Positions 1-9,517 of a stretch of DNA of 64,000 nt are shown in pieces; the first letter of the stretch is position 1, and each line of letters opens with the position of its first letter. The notes under the pieces are model-generated. The model saw nothing but the letters and a program-made list of their open reading frames with translations, had not been told where the DNA came from and did not search any database. A program made the position numbers and the translations under genes. Location of the stretch: sequence record NC_062581.1. One strand, 5' to 3'.

Positions 1-82
1 TCTTGACTGCGCCTTTCTATCAACCAGCACGTGTTGAAGAACTAGTTAACACCATGTACCCATTGACCACTACGGACTAAAT

Positions 83-538
83 ATGAAAGCAGTATTAATT
101 ACAGGCAATCCCAAATACATTAACAATGAAGTCGCCCGTAGTTACTACCGCGAAATCACGGAGTTCCTACAAGAACACGGTGTTGATGTTGTTACTGACC
201 CAGGTGCAGATTACACATGCCCACCACATGCTGATTTTTATATTGGTCATTCTCGGGGTGCTGGTAGATTCCGATGTGTTGAAGATACTGAACAACGTAA
301 TGACTTTTTAATGTTTGGTGATCCAGATGGATACATCCATCCAGTTGATCTTGCCTGGCAAGAAGCAAACCCACCTAAGCCTGGGAGATTTAATCCACCA
401 CCAGTGGAACACTTTGAATTCTACCCAGAACAGCAACAGGCCATTCTGAATAAGATTCAAGAATTGAAACATAAGACTACGCCCAGTAATGGAACACGTC
501 AGTCTCCCGGTTTAGGTCGTCCTCGTCCTCGCGGATAA
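83..538 (+). CDS. hypothetical protein with GHSRG (GxSxG) motif
   Basis: 151-aa ORF followed by a hairpin; FYIGHSRGAG resembles an alpha/beta-hydrolase nucleophile elbow, but the protein is short for that fold. Confidence 0.6.
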   Translation: MKAVLITGNPKYINNEVARSYYREITEFLQEHGVDVVTDPGADYTCPPHADFYIGHSRGAGRFRCVEDTEQRNDFLMFGDPDGYIHPVDLAWQEANPPKPGRFNPPPVEHFEFYPEQQQAILNKIQELKHKTTPSNGTRQSPGLGRPRPRG

Positions 539-565
539 TCTCCCCTACGGGAGAGGCTTTATGCC
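539..565 (+). terminator. hairpin terminator
   Basis: TCTCCC-CTAC-GGGAGA then GGCTTTATGCC, directly after the stop codon. Confidence 0.6.
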
Positions 566-576
566 GTTATTTAAAC

Positions 577-598
577 CATTTAAAAGCCTATATTACAA
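577..598 (+). promoter_or_regulatory. phiKZ-type early promoter (TATATTAC, variant B)
   Basis: CATTTAAAAGCCTATATTACAA, 21/22 identical to 47344-47365; TATATTAC is the published phiKZ early promoter core. Confidence 0.75.
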
Positions 599-627
599 AT
601 GGGAATACACACTAAAAGGAAATAATC

Positions 628-1008
628 GTGGCCCTAAGTAATATGTCAAATTTTGCTTACAATGTACTGCATTCGCAACTTGAATACATTGCACGTGCAT
701 GGGTCTGCTGGTTCACACCGGAAGAACATGAAGCAATGAAAGAACTCGATGGCATTAAGCTTTCTATTGCCAACACGGCACTGTGCAAAGCTTATCGCTT
801 TGATGTAAAAGTGGGTGCTGGTCAAGTAAGTTTTTATGTGAACTACCTGGCTGGTGAATACCATAGTTGTTCATCTTCATCAAGCGGAACGTTAGGTGTA
901 TTCAGTGCTTCTCTGGAAGCATTGCAAACGTTAACGCTGGCTATGCTGAAACGTCTTGAGCAGTACGCCCGAGACAATAATTTCTCGCCAGATAACCTGG
1001 CACATTAA
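628..1008 (+). CDS. hypothetical early protein
   Basis: 126-aa ORF downstream of TATATTAC, with an AAGGA SD. Confidence 0.7.
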   Translation: MALSNMSNFAYNVLHSQLEYIARAWVCWFTPEEHEAMKELDGIKLSIANTALCKAYRFDVKVGAGQVSFYVNYLAGEYHSCSSSSSGTLGVFSASLEALQTLTLAMLKRLEQYARDNNFSPDNLAH

Positions 1009-1017
1009 AACGACATA

Positions 1018-1044
1018 AAGGCTATCTACAAAGATAGCCTTTTT
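1018..1044 (+). terminator. intrinsic terminator
   Basis: AAGGCTATCT-ACAA-AGATAGCCTT plus T run. Confidence 0.75.
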
Positions 1045-1068
1045 AATTAAGTAAACAAGAGGTTTTAA

Positions 1069-1335
1069 ATGGTTAACAAGTCTAACGTATTCACTGTGAT
1101 TCATAACTTGGTTGCTCGCCCAGAAGCTGAGAAAGGTTTTACTTTCACTATGGGTGATACCTGCATCAATTACGATTCGGATTCCAAGATGTTCACCGTG
1201 GTTAAGAATGGTCGTAAGATCATTAGCTACAACGTAGATACTCGTTCGGGTTCTACAGCAATGACCGGTACTAATGCCGGTAACGTTGCCGCTGCTATTG
1301 ACGCAGGTGCTTTCCGCCACTTTCGAGTGGCGTGA
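1069..1335 (+). CDS. hypothetical protein
   Basis: 88-aa ORF, GAGG SD, biased codon use. Confidence 0.75.
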   Translation: MVNKSNVFTVIHNLVARPEAEKGFTFTMGDTCINYDSDSKMFTVVKNGRKIISYNVDTRSGSTAMTGTNAGNVAAAIDAGAFRHFRVA

Positions 1336-1343
1336 CAACATAA

Positions 1344-1365
1344 TAGCCACCCGCTGGGGTGGCTA
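1344..1365. terminator. bidirectional terminator between convergent genes
   Basis: TAGCCACCC/GGGGTGGCTA stem between convergent stop codons. Confidence 0.7.
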
Positions 1366-1386
1366 ATGTTCGTTCTTTTTTTTTTG

Positions 1387-2217
1387 TTAACGCATGTACG
1401 CAGGACGACGTACTGCTGGGCGACGTTCCCAACCAAGGTTACGGATCAGATCAGTTACATCTAAAGTAGCTGCACTTTCCAAACCTAAACGTTTACGACG
1501 TTCAGCTTCATCTTGCATTCCCCACAGAGTAGTAGGGTTGATGGTCATCTCGTTAGATTCAAAGTTCTCAAGTGCAGGAGAATTGTGTTTACCTGCTACG
1601 TAGATGCCACCTTCACCAACGAAGTCCCAAGTAGAGATTTCACGGGTGTACTTAATACCACGCATTACGTCGTCTTGTGTAATCGAACGTACGGAGCAAT
1701 AAGTATTGATGTGTGGATTGGTAATGGAGTCTTGGAATATTTTTGCGTAAGGACCGTAAGGTTTAACTTCAGCAATAACCAACTTACAAGGACGACCTTG
1801 TTCATCTTTACCATCAACAATAGTCAATGCACGGATGTGCGCACAAACTCGATCATCGTCGATCTTACGAATACGTTGAAGGTACTCGCGATCATCCATA
1901 GGTTTCCGAAACTTACGACCATCAATAAGCAAATCGGTAAACGGTTCAGGATGTTTAAACTCCATATACAGCACGTTCTTAAGCAAACGGCGCATCAGTG
2001 GAGAGTCTGGTGCAAACATAGATACACCAGATGCAGCATCATAAAACATGCCAGCGGAATTGTGGGTGCCATAAGCGCCAACGCAGAGAGTATAATACCC
2101 ATCTGCATCAGGAGTCAGGATACCTTTCTTACCACCGGCAGTCAGAAGACTACCGCTAATACGTACTTGGTTACCGGCTTGCTTCTGGACACCAAAGTAA
2201 TCTTGAGCTGCGCTCAT
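1387..2217 (-). CDS. prohead (head maturation) protease, phiKZ gp175-like
   Basis: LYMEFKHP (catalytic His), RVCAHI, VKPYGP, YCSVRS (catalytic Ser), TWDFV; C-terminal ALE/GLE candidate self-cleavage sites; syntenic with vRNAP genes. Confidence 0.85.
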   Translation of the reverse strand: MSAAQDYFGVQKQAGNQVRISGSLLTAGGKKGILTPDADGYYTLCVGAYGTHNSAGMFYDAASGVSMFAPDSPLMRRLLKNVLYMEFKHPEPFTDLLIDGRKFRKPMDDREYLQRIRKIDDDRVCAHIRALTIVDGKDEQGRPCKLVIAEVKPYGPYAKIFQDSITNPHINTYCSVRSITQDDVMRGIKYTREISTWDFVGEGGIYVAGKHNSPALENFESNEMTINPTTLWGMQDEAERRKRLGLESAATLDVTDLIRNLGWERRPAVRRPAYMR

Positions 2218-2228
2218 AATGGTGTTCC

Positions 2229-2942
2229 TTATGTACGAAGAATTTCTTCAATCAATTCTACGGATTCGCTAGGGTTAACTACTGCTGTGTTGATAGCATC
2301 AGAAAAGTAAGCACCGTTGAGGCGACTGGTTGTATCAGACGTGTTCCATACCACAGAACGGAATGGAATGACTTTGGGTGGGTTAGTAACGATGTCTTGA
2401 TGTGTATTCAAGATGTGTCGGTATAACCGAGTTAGATCGTCTTTATCTCGCGCAGTTGTCGAGATAATCAATTCTAAGATGGCACGTGAACCTAGGTTAA
2501 CACCAGCATGCAATGAAGCAGTGTCAAACATCTTGGCCATGTCATAGTAGTTCATATACCACGGAATGTTACCTTTAGCCACGAGTTCATCGTAGAGGTA
2601 ATAAGTCAGGGTATCATTAACCACCAAATGATTATTCACAAACACCACGTCCCCAGGTTCAAAAGAGAACTCAAAGTAATCGGTGCCTCGAATAACAACT
2701 TTCTTAGTAGAGCTTGGACGAATCTGCATCATTGCAATAGTGTTGTCTACACCGTAATACTCGTCGTTTACAATGATTGCATAGAACCCAACAATAAAGA
2801 CTTCAGAACCTAGGATTGCTAGGTCCTTATTCTGAAATCGCACAGGTACATGAATCTTGCAAGGAGCATCTGTAACAGTGCTCCCATTTTCTTGACGATG
2901 TAAGTGTTCAAACACACGAGCTGCGTTACGCACTAGCTCCAT
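2229..2942 (-). CDS. putative virion RNAP beta' C-terminal subunit (phiKZ gp176 / SPN3US gp244-like)
   Basis: 237 aa; the C-terminus NTSDTTSRLNGAYFSDAINTAVVNPSESVELIEEIL resembles the RpoC C-terminal block; sits next to the protease gene. Confidence 0.65.
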   Translation of the reverse strand: MELVRNAARVFEHLHRQENGSTVTDAPCKIHVPVRFQNKDLAILGSEVFIVGFYAIIVNDEYYGVDNTIAMMQIRPSSTKKVVIRGTDYFEFSFEPGDVVFVNNHLVVNDTLTYYLYDELVAKGNIPWYMNYYDMAKMFDTASLHAGVNLGSRAILELIISTTARDKDDLTRLYRHILNTHQDIVTNPPKVIPFRSVVWNTSDTTSRLNGAYFSDAINTAVVNPSESVELIEEILRT

Positions 2943-2958
2943 TTATTTTCCCCTTGAA

Positions 2959-3240
2959 CTACTTCTTAATATTAGCTATATCTTTCTCAACTTTAGCAAG
3001 ATCAGCTTTAAATTTCTTTAAAGCTTTAGTATCATCATCTTCATCACTGAGATACCATGATTCGCAAATAGTGTCGTAAATCTTTTCTTTAGCGCTGTCG
3101 CCATTGGTAGCCGCATTTAATATCTCCATGCGGCTAATCATTGGTTCAACTTCTTTTGGAAAAGCAATAGCTAATGTACGTACACGAGTTGACTGACAAC
3201 CCGCTTTATGAATACGTTGATCAAGGGTTAACGCTTTCCC
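2959..3240 (-). CDS. open frame probably reached by -1 frameshift from the upstream head-protein gene (or a 60-aa ORF from ATG 3141)
   Basis: Frame is open from before GGGAAAG (3240-3234) to the stop at 2959, with no ATG/GTG/TTG in the 33 codons before 3141. Confidence 0.55.
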   Translation of the reverse strand, partial: GKALTLDQRIHKAGCQSTRVRTLAIAFPKEVEPMISRMEILNAATNGDSAKEKIYDTICESWYLSDEDDDTKALKKFKADLAKVEKDIANIKK

Positions 3241-4844
3241 GAATAGGCTTCCGTACTAACGTCGTCTTCTTCATCCAGTGCATCTACTTCCGGATCAGTC
3301 TCCTCTACAAGAGGACCTTCACCGGTAGCGGCATCACCGATTGCTTCTTCTGCTTCACCAACTGTAGGCTCTTCTAGAGCTGCTGGTGGTGCATCAACTA
3401 CTTCAGGCTTGAACCGGTCGACTTGGATCTGACTGGCTGCCCAGATAGCGTACAGAGAGAACAGAGCCTGGGTAGATAGTTCACGGCGCGATGCATCAGG
3501 GTAATCTTTACCAGCCTTATCCATCAGAACCATGTAATCCCAATAAGTAGACTCAGGGAAGTAAATACGGCAGATCAATTGACCGAAGGCAACGTATTCA
3601 TTTTCCAGATGTTCTGGGCGCACTGCACGAATAGCATCAACTACTTTATCACGCAGACCATCTACTTGCAGTTCAGCCAAAGTACCTTGTTCTGCTTGCG
3701 ACAAGAATGCTTCAATAATGTCTTTTCGACGGGAGCGTTCAGCATTATCCATAGCTGCTTGTTGAATCAGCGGATAAACGTTTTGGAACTTCTGAATGAA
3801 ATAAGCTTTACGTTCTTCCAAACGATCCAAAGTTTGTGGGCCACTTTCTTCCAGAGCAGAACCAAGTACTACAGACAGATCACCTTTAGCAGCACGCCAC
3901 TGTGGTTCAACGTCACCGTTCAACCAAACTACTAACCGACGGTTTTCGATTGCATTGGCTGCATCAGAACGCAGAATCAATACGCCTTTAGTTTGGTCTT
4001 CAGCGCGTCGTTGATAAGCACGTAGCAGGTATGCACCCAACATCTCGTGGAGCAAACGTAGTACGTGAATCCACTCTTCATAAGTAACCGATTCACTAAT
4101 AGCATCAACTGGGTTCTCACCTAGGTGACCACACAGGAAATAAGCTAACAGCAAAGCATCAATGTTGAAAGGTGTATTAGTGCCTACAACAAAATCCAGT
4201 TCACCTACAGTAACAGCTTTGTTGCGGTTGAACAAGTCAGCGTACGTACGGCTAATAACTTCTGGATCTACACTGAGTAGCCATTCTGTAATTTGTTCAC
4301 GTTCAGCATGTGGGTTGTTGATAGAGACCATTTCGATGATCTGTTCAACACCTTGACCTGGGAGAATAAAAGTACGGTAGCTAGCAGCAGGAGTTACGTT
4401 TGCATAGTTCTGCAAATGAGAAGTCAAACGTGGTTCACTGTGCAGTGGATCGTATTTAAAGATGTCCGCCCGAATATCTGCAGAGGTAGAAATCTTTTGG
4501 CGTTCGTTAAAGTCACGAACCATTGAATCAATACCTGGGACAACAACGTTAGATACGTTGAATTGAATTTTACCCAGTGCAGCAGCTACTAGACCAACCA
4601 TGTCTTTATTGTCTTCTTCGACAGTAATAGGTTGTTCTTCATTCATTTCGGTGAAGTGATCTTCAACCGATGTTACGAGTTCTTCAGATACAGGTGCGCC
4701 GGTAGGGGCTTCATCTACAGCGTAGCCGCTAGCGAACTGAGCAATAGGAAACTCAGGATTCGGCACGACCAGAACTTGACTACCTTCAGTCAGTTGCTGT
4801 GCAATCAGTTTTACCGACTGCACGGTGTTGGCGATATCAGACAT
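3228..4844 (-). CDS. virion head protein (phiKZ gp177 / SPN3US gp243-like)
   Basis: 538 aa, acidic tail with an AALE candidate cleavage site; synteny between the protease/beta'C genes and RNAP beta. Confidence 0.65.
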   Translation of the reverse strand: MSDIANTVQSVKLIAQQLTEGSQVLVVPNPEFPIAQFASGYAVDEAPTGAPVSEELVTSVEDHFTEMNEEQPITVEEDNKDMVGLVAAALGKIQFNVSNVVVPGIDSMVRDFNERQKISTSADIRADIFKYDPLHSEPRLTSHLQNYANVTPAASYRTFILPGQGVEQIIEMVSINNPHAEREQITEWLLSVDPEVISRTYADLFNRNKAVTVGELDFVVGTNTPFNIDALLLAYFLCGHLGENPVDAISESVTYEEWIHVLRLLHEMLGAYLLRAYQRRAEDQTKGVLILRSDAANAIENRRLVVWLNGDVEPQWRAAKGDLSVVLGSALEESGPQTLDRLEERKAYFIQKFQNVYPLIQQAAMDNAERSRRKDIIEAFLSQAEQGTLAELQVDGLRDKVVDAIRAVRPEHLENEYVAFGQLICRIYFPESTYWDYMVLMDKAGKDYPDASRRELSTQALFSLYAIWAASQIQVDRFKPEVVDAPPAALEEPTVGEAEEAIGDAATGEGPLVEETDPEVDALDEEDDVSTEAYSGKR

Positions 4845-4855
4845 GATGTTTCCTT

Positions 4856-5053
4856 TTAGATTGCAAGTTGGGTAGCGATACGACCAGCCAGAGCTTCCTG
4901 GATGTCTTGCTTGGTTAGGAATACCCCGTTCAAAGTAGAGGAGGTATGTTCGGTGCCGAGGATGCGCAGAATTGCTTCTGCGCCCAGTTCGACAGCGGAA
5001 GACAGAATCGAAAGATTCTGCCCGTGTGCGACGTTGTTACTTAGATTTTGCAT
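4856..5053 (-). CDS. small hypothetical protein overlapping the RNAP beta stop
   Basis: 65 aa from ATG 5053 (MQNLSNN); fills the gap in a tightly packed operon. Confidence 0.55.
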   Translation of the reverse strand: MQNLSNNVAHGQNLSILSSAVELGAEAILRILGTEHTSSTLNGVFLTKQDIQEALAGRIATQLAI

Positions 5054-8000
5054 TTGCGGTTCCTCTGTAGACACCTACCAGGTGCTTTGACAATTCGGCA
5101 AGAAGGATAGTTGTGGTGCCGATCAGTTTGGGGCTCAGTACCATCCGCTCTTCTACGGATGTGTTACCGAAGATCAAGTCAATATCCAATCCAGATTTAG
5201 TCTGGTTAACGCCACGCATTACACGAGAGAATACAGTCTTCATCTGGTTAGCAACTACACCTTTATCACCTACACCGCAAGGGATGTCATGGTCGATATA
5301 AATGTTGATTACCAAAGACTGTGGCTCTAGACCATTACCACGGATGCGGTATTCATGATCTACTTCACCACTGAAGAATTCTTGACCACGTGCTTTAGCT
5401 TCTGCTTCACGAACTTTGTCGGATGCATAAGCAACTTTGCGTAGACTATCAGACATCTCATCACGATCACCGTGATAGAAACATTCGATTTTGGATACAG
5501 TACCAACGACCTTCGCACGAGGGGAATAGTTAGAGAGTTTCGCAAGTGTTTCACGCGATACTTCATCAAACACCGAGCCACCGCCCGAGTCGGGATCTTT
5601 AATCGTACATAGAATTGAATCTAAGTCGACGTGATCACCAACTTTTACTATGTCTTCGATGTTTTGCTCAAAACTAACACTGACCGATTTGATCTTAGTT
5701 GTTTGAGTATTCATCTTAATAGCACAGCTTTCGGAAATGACCGAGCCATCTTCTAAGGTGTCTAAGTTATCACTAAAAGCAACAACCGTGTTGATACCAG
5801 CTTTCCAAATTACTTGCCCTGGGGACATGCGATCTGGAGTAAAGTACTTCTCGTTGTACGCTAAAGTTTGACCACGTTTAAACGTATCACCCGCTTTCAA
5901 GTCGGAGATGATTGAATGGGGGTAATGGGTACCTGCCGCAGATCCGTGGATCTTACCCATTTGGTACGATGTAGTTTCACCATTAGCATACTCGACAGTA
6001 ATCCCGTGCTCATCAACGGCAATGACCTTACCGTCGTCTTCCGCCGCAGAAGCAAAGATGCTGCTAGTCCGCTGAGCAACGATCTGCTCGTAGCCAGTCC
6101 TGAGTGGAGTAGGTTCATATCCATCCGCATAAATCCCTTGTTGCTGCTGAATACTAATGAAGTTAATACGCTTGGTGTCATCGTTAGTTGTAGCAACACC
6201 TAACAGCGCACATGTAGAGAGTTGACGAGCTGGCCCATCTGTAGTTGGATCAAATGGACGAGTTGTACCACGCATTGAATTGAAGTTAGCATCCGGAGTC
6301 AGGTAAGCAATAACACCTACATCACCCGAGTCAACCGTAGATTCAGATACGACACCTACGTCAGCTTCACCATAGATCCGAGTACGTGCAACCATGGACG
6401 TTGTAGAACGACCACCATCACCACGATACGTCATGGACTCTTGTTCACGAATGTTAGCCAGTGGGTTAGAGTCTTCAACAACCATGATGGTTGGATCTTG
6501 GGTACACTTCTTCCAGATAACCGCAGGGTCCATTTGTACTTGAACAGCAGCAGAACCAGTAGCATTGTTAAAACGCTTAACAGCTTTGTTCAGTTCGTTG
6601 TATACCGTACCTGCCATCCGCTCATAGCCACGATAGCGCATGTATGCACCATCGACCTCAGCAGGAGACCAATCGATCAACAGCATGTCTACAGCTCGAT
6701 ACAGCAGGGCATCAAATGTAGTTGGCTCACCCATCTGTTTCAACAGACCTTCGGTGATAGGGTCCATCCACGCAGCAAACAACGCATCGATCTCTTTAGT
6801 GAATCGCGCAGTCATTCCTGTTTCCAGCAACAACCGTTGATACACGTCGGGCTTATCAAAGTCATAGATCGAGAAATGCGGCATTAGCTTAGCGTACTTA
6901 CGCATGCCACCCATGATGAGTTGTGTACGGTAATCAGAACGATCAAATACCAATACGTCATCTTGGAAAGCCAACACGTAATTGTCAGATGTCAGAGGAA
7001 TACGCTCACCGCGATGGTGACGGGTATATTTAGCATTCAAACGTTTTAGCGTTGCGGTTAAGCCGTACTTGTAACCAAACACAAAAGCCAGAGGCAGGTC
7101 TTTAGAACCTACGTTCATGAAAGCACCTTCCAGTGGTGCCTTAGTTTGATCCAGACCCAACAGTTCAACAATAGAACCCAACGGTTCTAAGCTACCTTTG
7201 TCGTGTACATAGAACTGACCTTTACGATCAATCATGACTGGTAACTTACCGTTCATTACACCAACTAGGGTATACTCTTTGGTTTCGTATTGCGTGGCAT
7301 CAACTTTAAACTTAGCTTTGAAGTATTCAACGTGATCGTCAAACTTAAAGTAAAGAAAAACGTTGTCAGCAGTAAAGCCTCGGAAAGCAGAACCCAGCTG
7401 TGTATAAACACGAGGCAGCGCATAAGCCGATTGGTCTAGCTCAGCATACAACACCGCAGTAATACGGTTGTCTTCTGGATCAAGTGCTCGCTCACGAATC
7501 TGGCGAGTAATCCAAGCGTCGTAGTTATGCGCAGCCAAATGGGAACGGGTCACAAACGTCTTGTTGTAATAAGAAGTCAGTGCTACGGTATCGGGTTTAA
7601 CTTTACGGATAGGCAAGTCAGCCCGTTGCATACGCATCCGGTAAGTAACACCGTTGGATACAAACCGTCCATCCCGATCAACTACTGGTACACGGAAATA
7701 AATTGTACCAGGCTTACCACGAATCGGTTTCAAAGTAACCTTGTGAATTTCGTAGTGGTTCATTGCATTACGCACTTCTTCCACTTCGTAGTTTGTTACC
7801 GCTGTGCCTTGCTTCTGTACCGACAGTACCGCATTGATCATGTCCTTATTACGGAGATGTGTCTGATACTTACGTTGCATTGCTTTAAGCTTAGAACCCA
7901 ACATGGACTTGTCAAGGACTGTGGCCGAATCAGCAAGTTGCGTGTCAGCAGGAAGTTCGTAATCTTCCTGTGTAAATTGCATTGCTTCTTCTAGCGTCTT

Positions 8001-9515
8001 ACCTGTACCAAAAGGATCTTTGATTCGAGTGTACGACTCAGCATCAGTAATGGCTTGTTCAAATGTACGTGGTTGGATAATACCCAGCTTATAAAGTTCA
8101 TAAGCGGGACCAGCAACACCTGCAACTATCGGCGCGGCTTCAGCCACGTTATCAGGGATGGCATCAACACGTTGAGCTTCGACCTTAATTTCCCGTGGCC
8201 GATGAACCAATTCAGCATCACTCTCAATTTGGAGTTTGGTAGTGAATAGTTCTGCATCCGGCGGGTTATAAGTTGCTCCATTTTCGGTGAAGTCGAGACT
8301 AGGGATTGTAAAGGCTGGGATATCGAAGGCGGTTTCTTCTTCGACGTGAACTGGTTCGACTTCCTCATTCTTGTCCGGAAGTGTTCCGTTGTCTTCTTCC
8401 TCGCCCGATTCCAACTCATTAACAGGTTCCTCTTCAACATCAACCAAATTAGTGTGGTCGATTACATTAGACAATGCTTCAGCTTGGTGATTGTATTCTG
8501 TCATTGCTGCCAGAAGAGACAACACGCGGCGTTGCATTACGGCTGGAGGAAAGAATGCCTCCATACCAAACGTGTGAACAAACGATTCAACTGCAACGTT
8601 AGTGGTCAAACCAAGTTCTTGCATGGTGCCATGAATCTTATTAAAGGCAAATTGTTCCTCTTCTTTAATATCTTCATAGCCCAAATCAAAAACTTGTGTA
8701 CCAAAGATGTTAATGAATTCTTCTACTGTAACAGTAGCTTCAAGATCTTTAGTACCGTCACGCCATTCATCCAGTGCACCCATGTTTAGAACAATAAACC
8801 GATCACGTGCACGAATCAAGAACCAGATCTTAGAATACATATCTGGTTGCACAACCGACATCATCGATTGCTCGCGCATTGGCCCTAACCAACGATACAG
8901 ATCCCAAATGGAAAACTGTTGTGGTGTGGCAAACGTTTCTAAGTTGGTTTGGTTCTGATTATCAGCCATCCGTTTAAAAGAAGCCAGATCAGGCATTTGT
9001 TCCGGTAGATGGATTTCAACAAACTGCTCCCAACCAAACCGGCGGTGAGAAGCAGCAACGTTTTGCCAGAACGTACGCTGGTTGTTAGACCAACGTAAGA
9101 AACCGGCTTTAAAGTTAGGTTGATAGATCCACTGTGGGTCTAGCAGGTTATAGTTGAACACCATGACATTGAGAGGGTTGATTGCCAACGCTTCATCTTT
9201 AGTCAGTGGTTTGAAGAATGCATTCTGTTGACGGAATTCAGCTTGTAGCTTAGACGCTGTCAATGCAGACTTACGTGGGTTACCTTCAGTTGATGCCAAG
9301 CTTGTTACGTGCTCGATATAAACTTTACCTGTCACCTTGTTGAACAGTGGGTCCGTTTGAGACGGACCTCGTACTGCACCGTTAGGATCAGAGAAGTGTA
9401 CAATCGAACGTTGTGGCAGGAACAACTTGTTTAACAGATGCAGTTTGGGTTGTTGTAGTTTGCCTTGTTCGAAAACGGTATATTGTTTCCGAAACTGTTC
9501 AATGGCTAAGCGCAT
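5037..9515 (-). CDS. rpoB: virion RNA polymerase beta subunit (phiKZ gp178-like)
   Basis: 1492 aa; beta motifs ESTVDSGDVG, QQQQG, RTGYE, LEDGSVIS, GVGDKGVVANQMK, DLIF. Confidence 0.9.
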   Translation of the reverse strand: MRLAIEQFRKQYTVFEQGKLQQPKLHLLNKLFLPQRSIVHFSDPNGAVRGPSQTDPLFNKVTGKVYIEHVTSLASTEGNPRKSALTASKLQAEFRQQNAFFKPLTKDEALAINPLNVMVFNYNLLDPQWIYQPNFKAGFLRWSNNQRTFWQNVAASHRRFGWEQFVEIHLPEQMPDLASFKRMADNQNQTNLETFATPQQFSIWDLYRWLGPMREQSMMSVVQPDMYSKIWFLIRARDRFIVLNMGALDEWRDGTKDLEATVTVEEFINIFGTQVFDLGYEDIKEEEQFAFNKIHGTMQELGLTTNVAVESFVHTFGMEAFFPPAVMQRRVLSLLAAMTEYNHQAEALSNVIDHTNLVDVEEEPVNELESGEEEDNGTLPDKNEEVEPVHVEEETAFDIPAFTIPSLDFTENGATYNPPDAELFTTKLQIESDAELVHRPREIKVEAQRVDAIPDNVAEAAPIVAGVAGPAYELYKLGIIQPRTFEQAITDAESYTRIKDPFGTGKTLEEAMQFTQEDYELPADTQLADSATVLDKSMLGSKLKAMQRKYQTHLRNKDMINAVLSVQKQGTAVTNYEVEEVRNAMNHYEIHKVTLKPIRGKPGTIYFRVPVVDRDGRFVSNGVTYRMRMQRADLPIRKVKPDTVALTSYYNKTFVTRSHLAAHNYDAWITRQIRERALDPEDNRITAVLYAELDQSAYALPRVYTQLGSAFRGFTADNVFLYFKFDDHVEYFKAKFKVDATQYETKEYTLVGVMNGKLPVMIDRKGQFYVHDKGSLEPLGSIVELLGLDQTKAPLEGAFMNVGSKDLPLAFVFGYKYGLTATLKRLNAKYTRHHRGERIPLTSDNYVLAFQDDVLVFDRSDYRTQLIMGGMRKYAKLMPHFSIYDFDKPDVYQRLLLETGMTARFTKEIDALFAAWMDPITEGLLKQMGEPTTFDALLYRAVDMLLIDWSPAEVDGAYMRYRGYERMAGTVYNELNKAVKRFNNATGSAAVQVQMDPAVIWKKCTQDPTIMVVEDSNPLANIREQESMTYRGDGGRSTTSMVARTRIYGEADVGVVSESTVDSGDVGVIAYLTPDANFNSMRGTTRPFDPTTDGPARQLSTCALLGVATTNDDTKRINFISIQQQQGIYADGYEPTPLRTGYEQIVAQRTSSIFASAAEDDGKVIAVDEHGITVEYANGETTSYQMGKIHGSAAGTHYPHSIISDLKAGDTFKRGQTLAYNEKYFTPDRMSPGQVIWKAGINTVVAFSDNLDTLEDGSVISESCAIKMNTQTTKIKSVSVSFEQNIEDIVKVGDHVDLDSILCTIKDPDSGGGSVFDEVSRETLAKLSNYSPRAKVVGTVSKIECFYHGDRDEMSDSLRKVAYASDKVREAEAKARGQEFFSGEVDHEYRIRGNGLEPQSLVINIYIDHDIPCGVGDKGVVANQMKTVFSRVMRGVNQTKSGLDIDLIFGNTSVEERMVLSPKLIGTTTILLAELSKHLVGVYRGTANAKSK

Positions 9516-9517
9516 GT

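Noticed and set aside
1513-2310. 265-aa + strand ORF and many other antisense ORFs in the track
   Set aside because: Shadow frames of well-supported genes on the opposite strand; no SD or motifs
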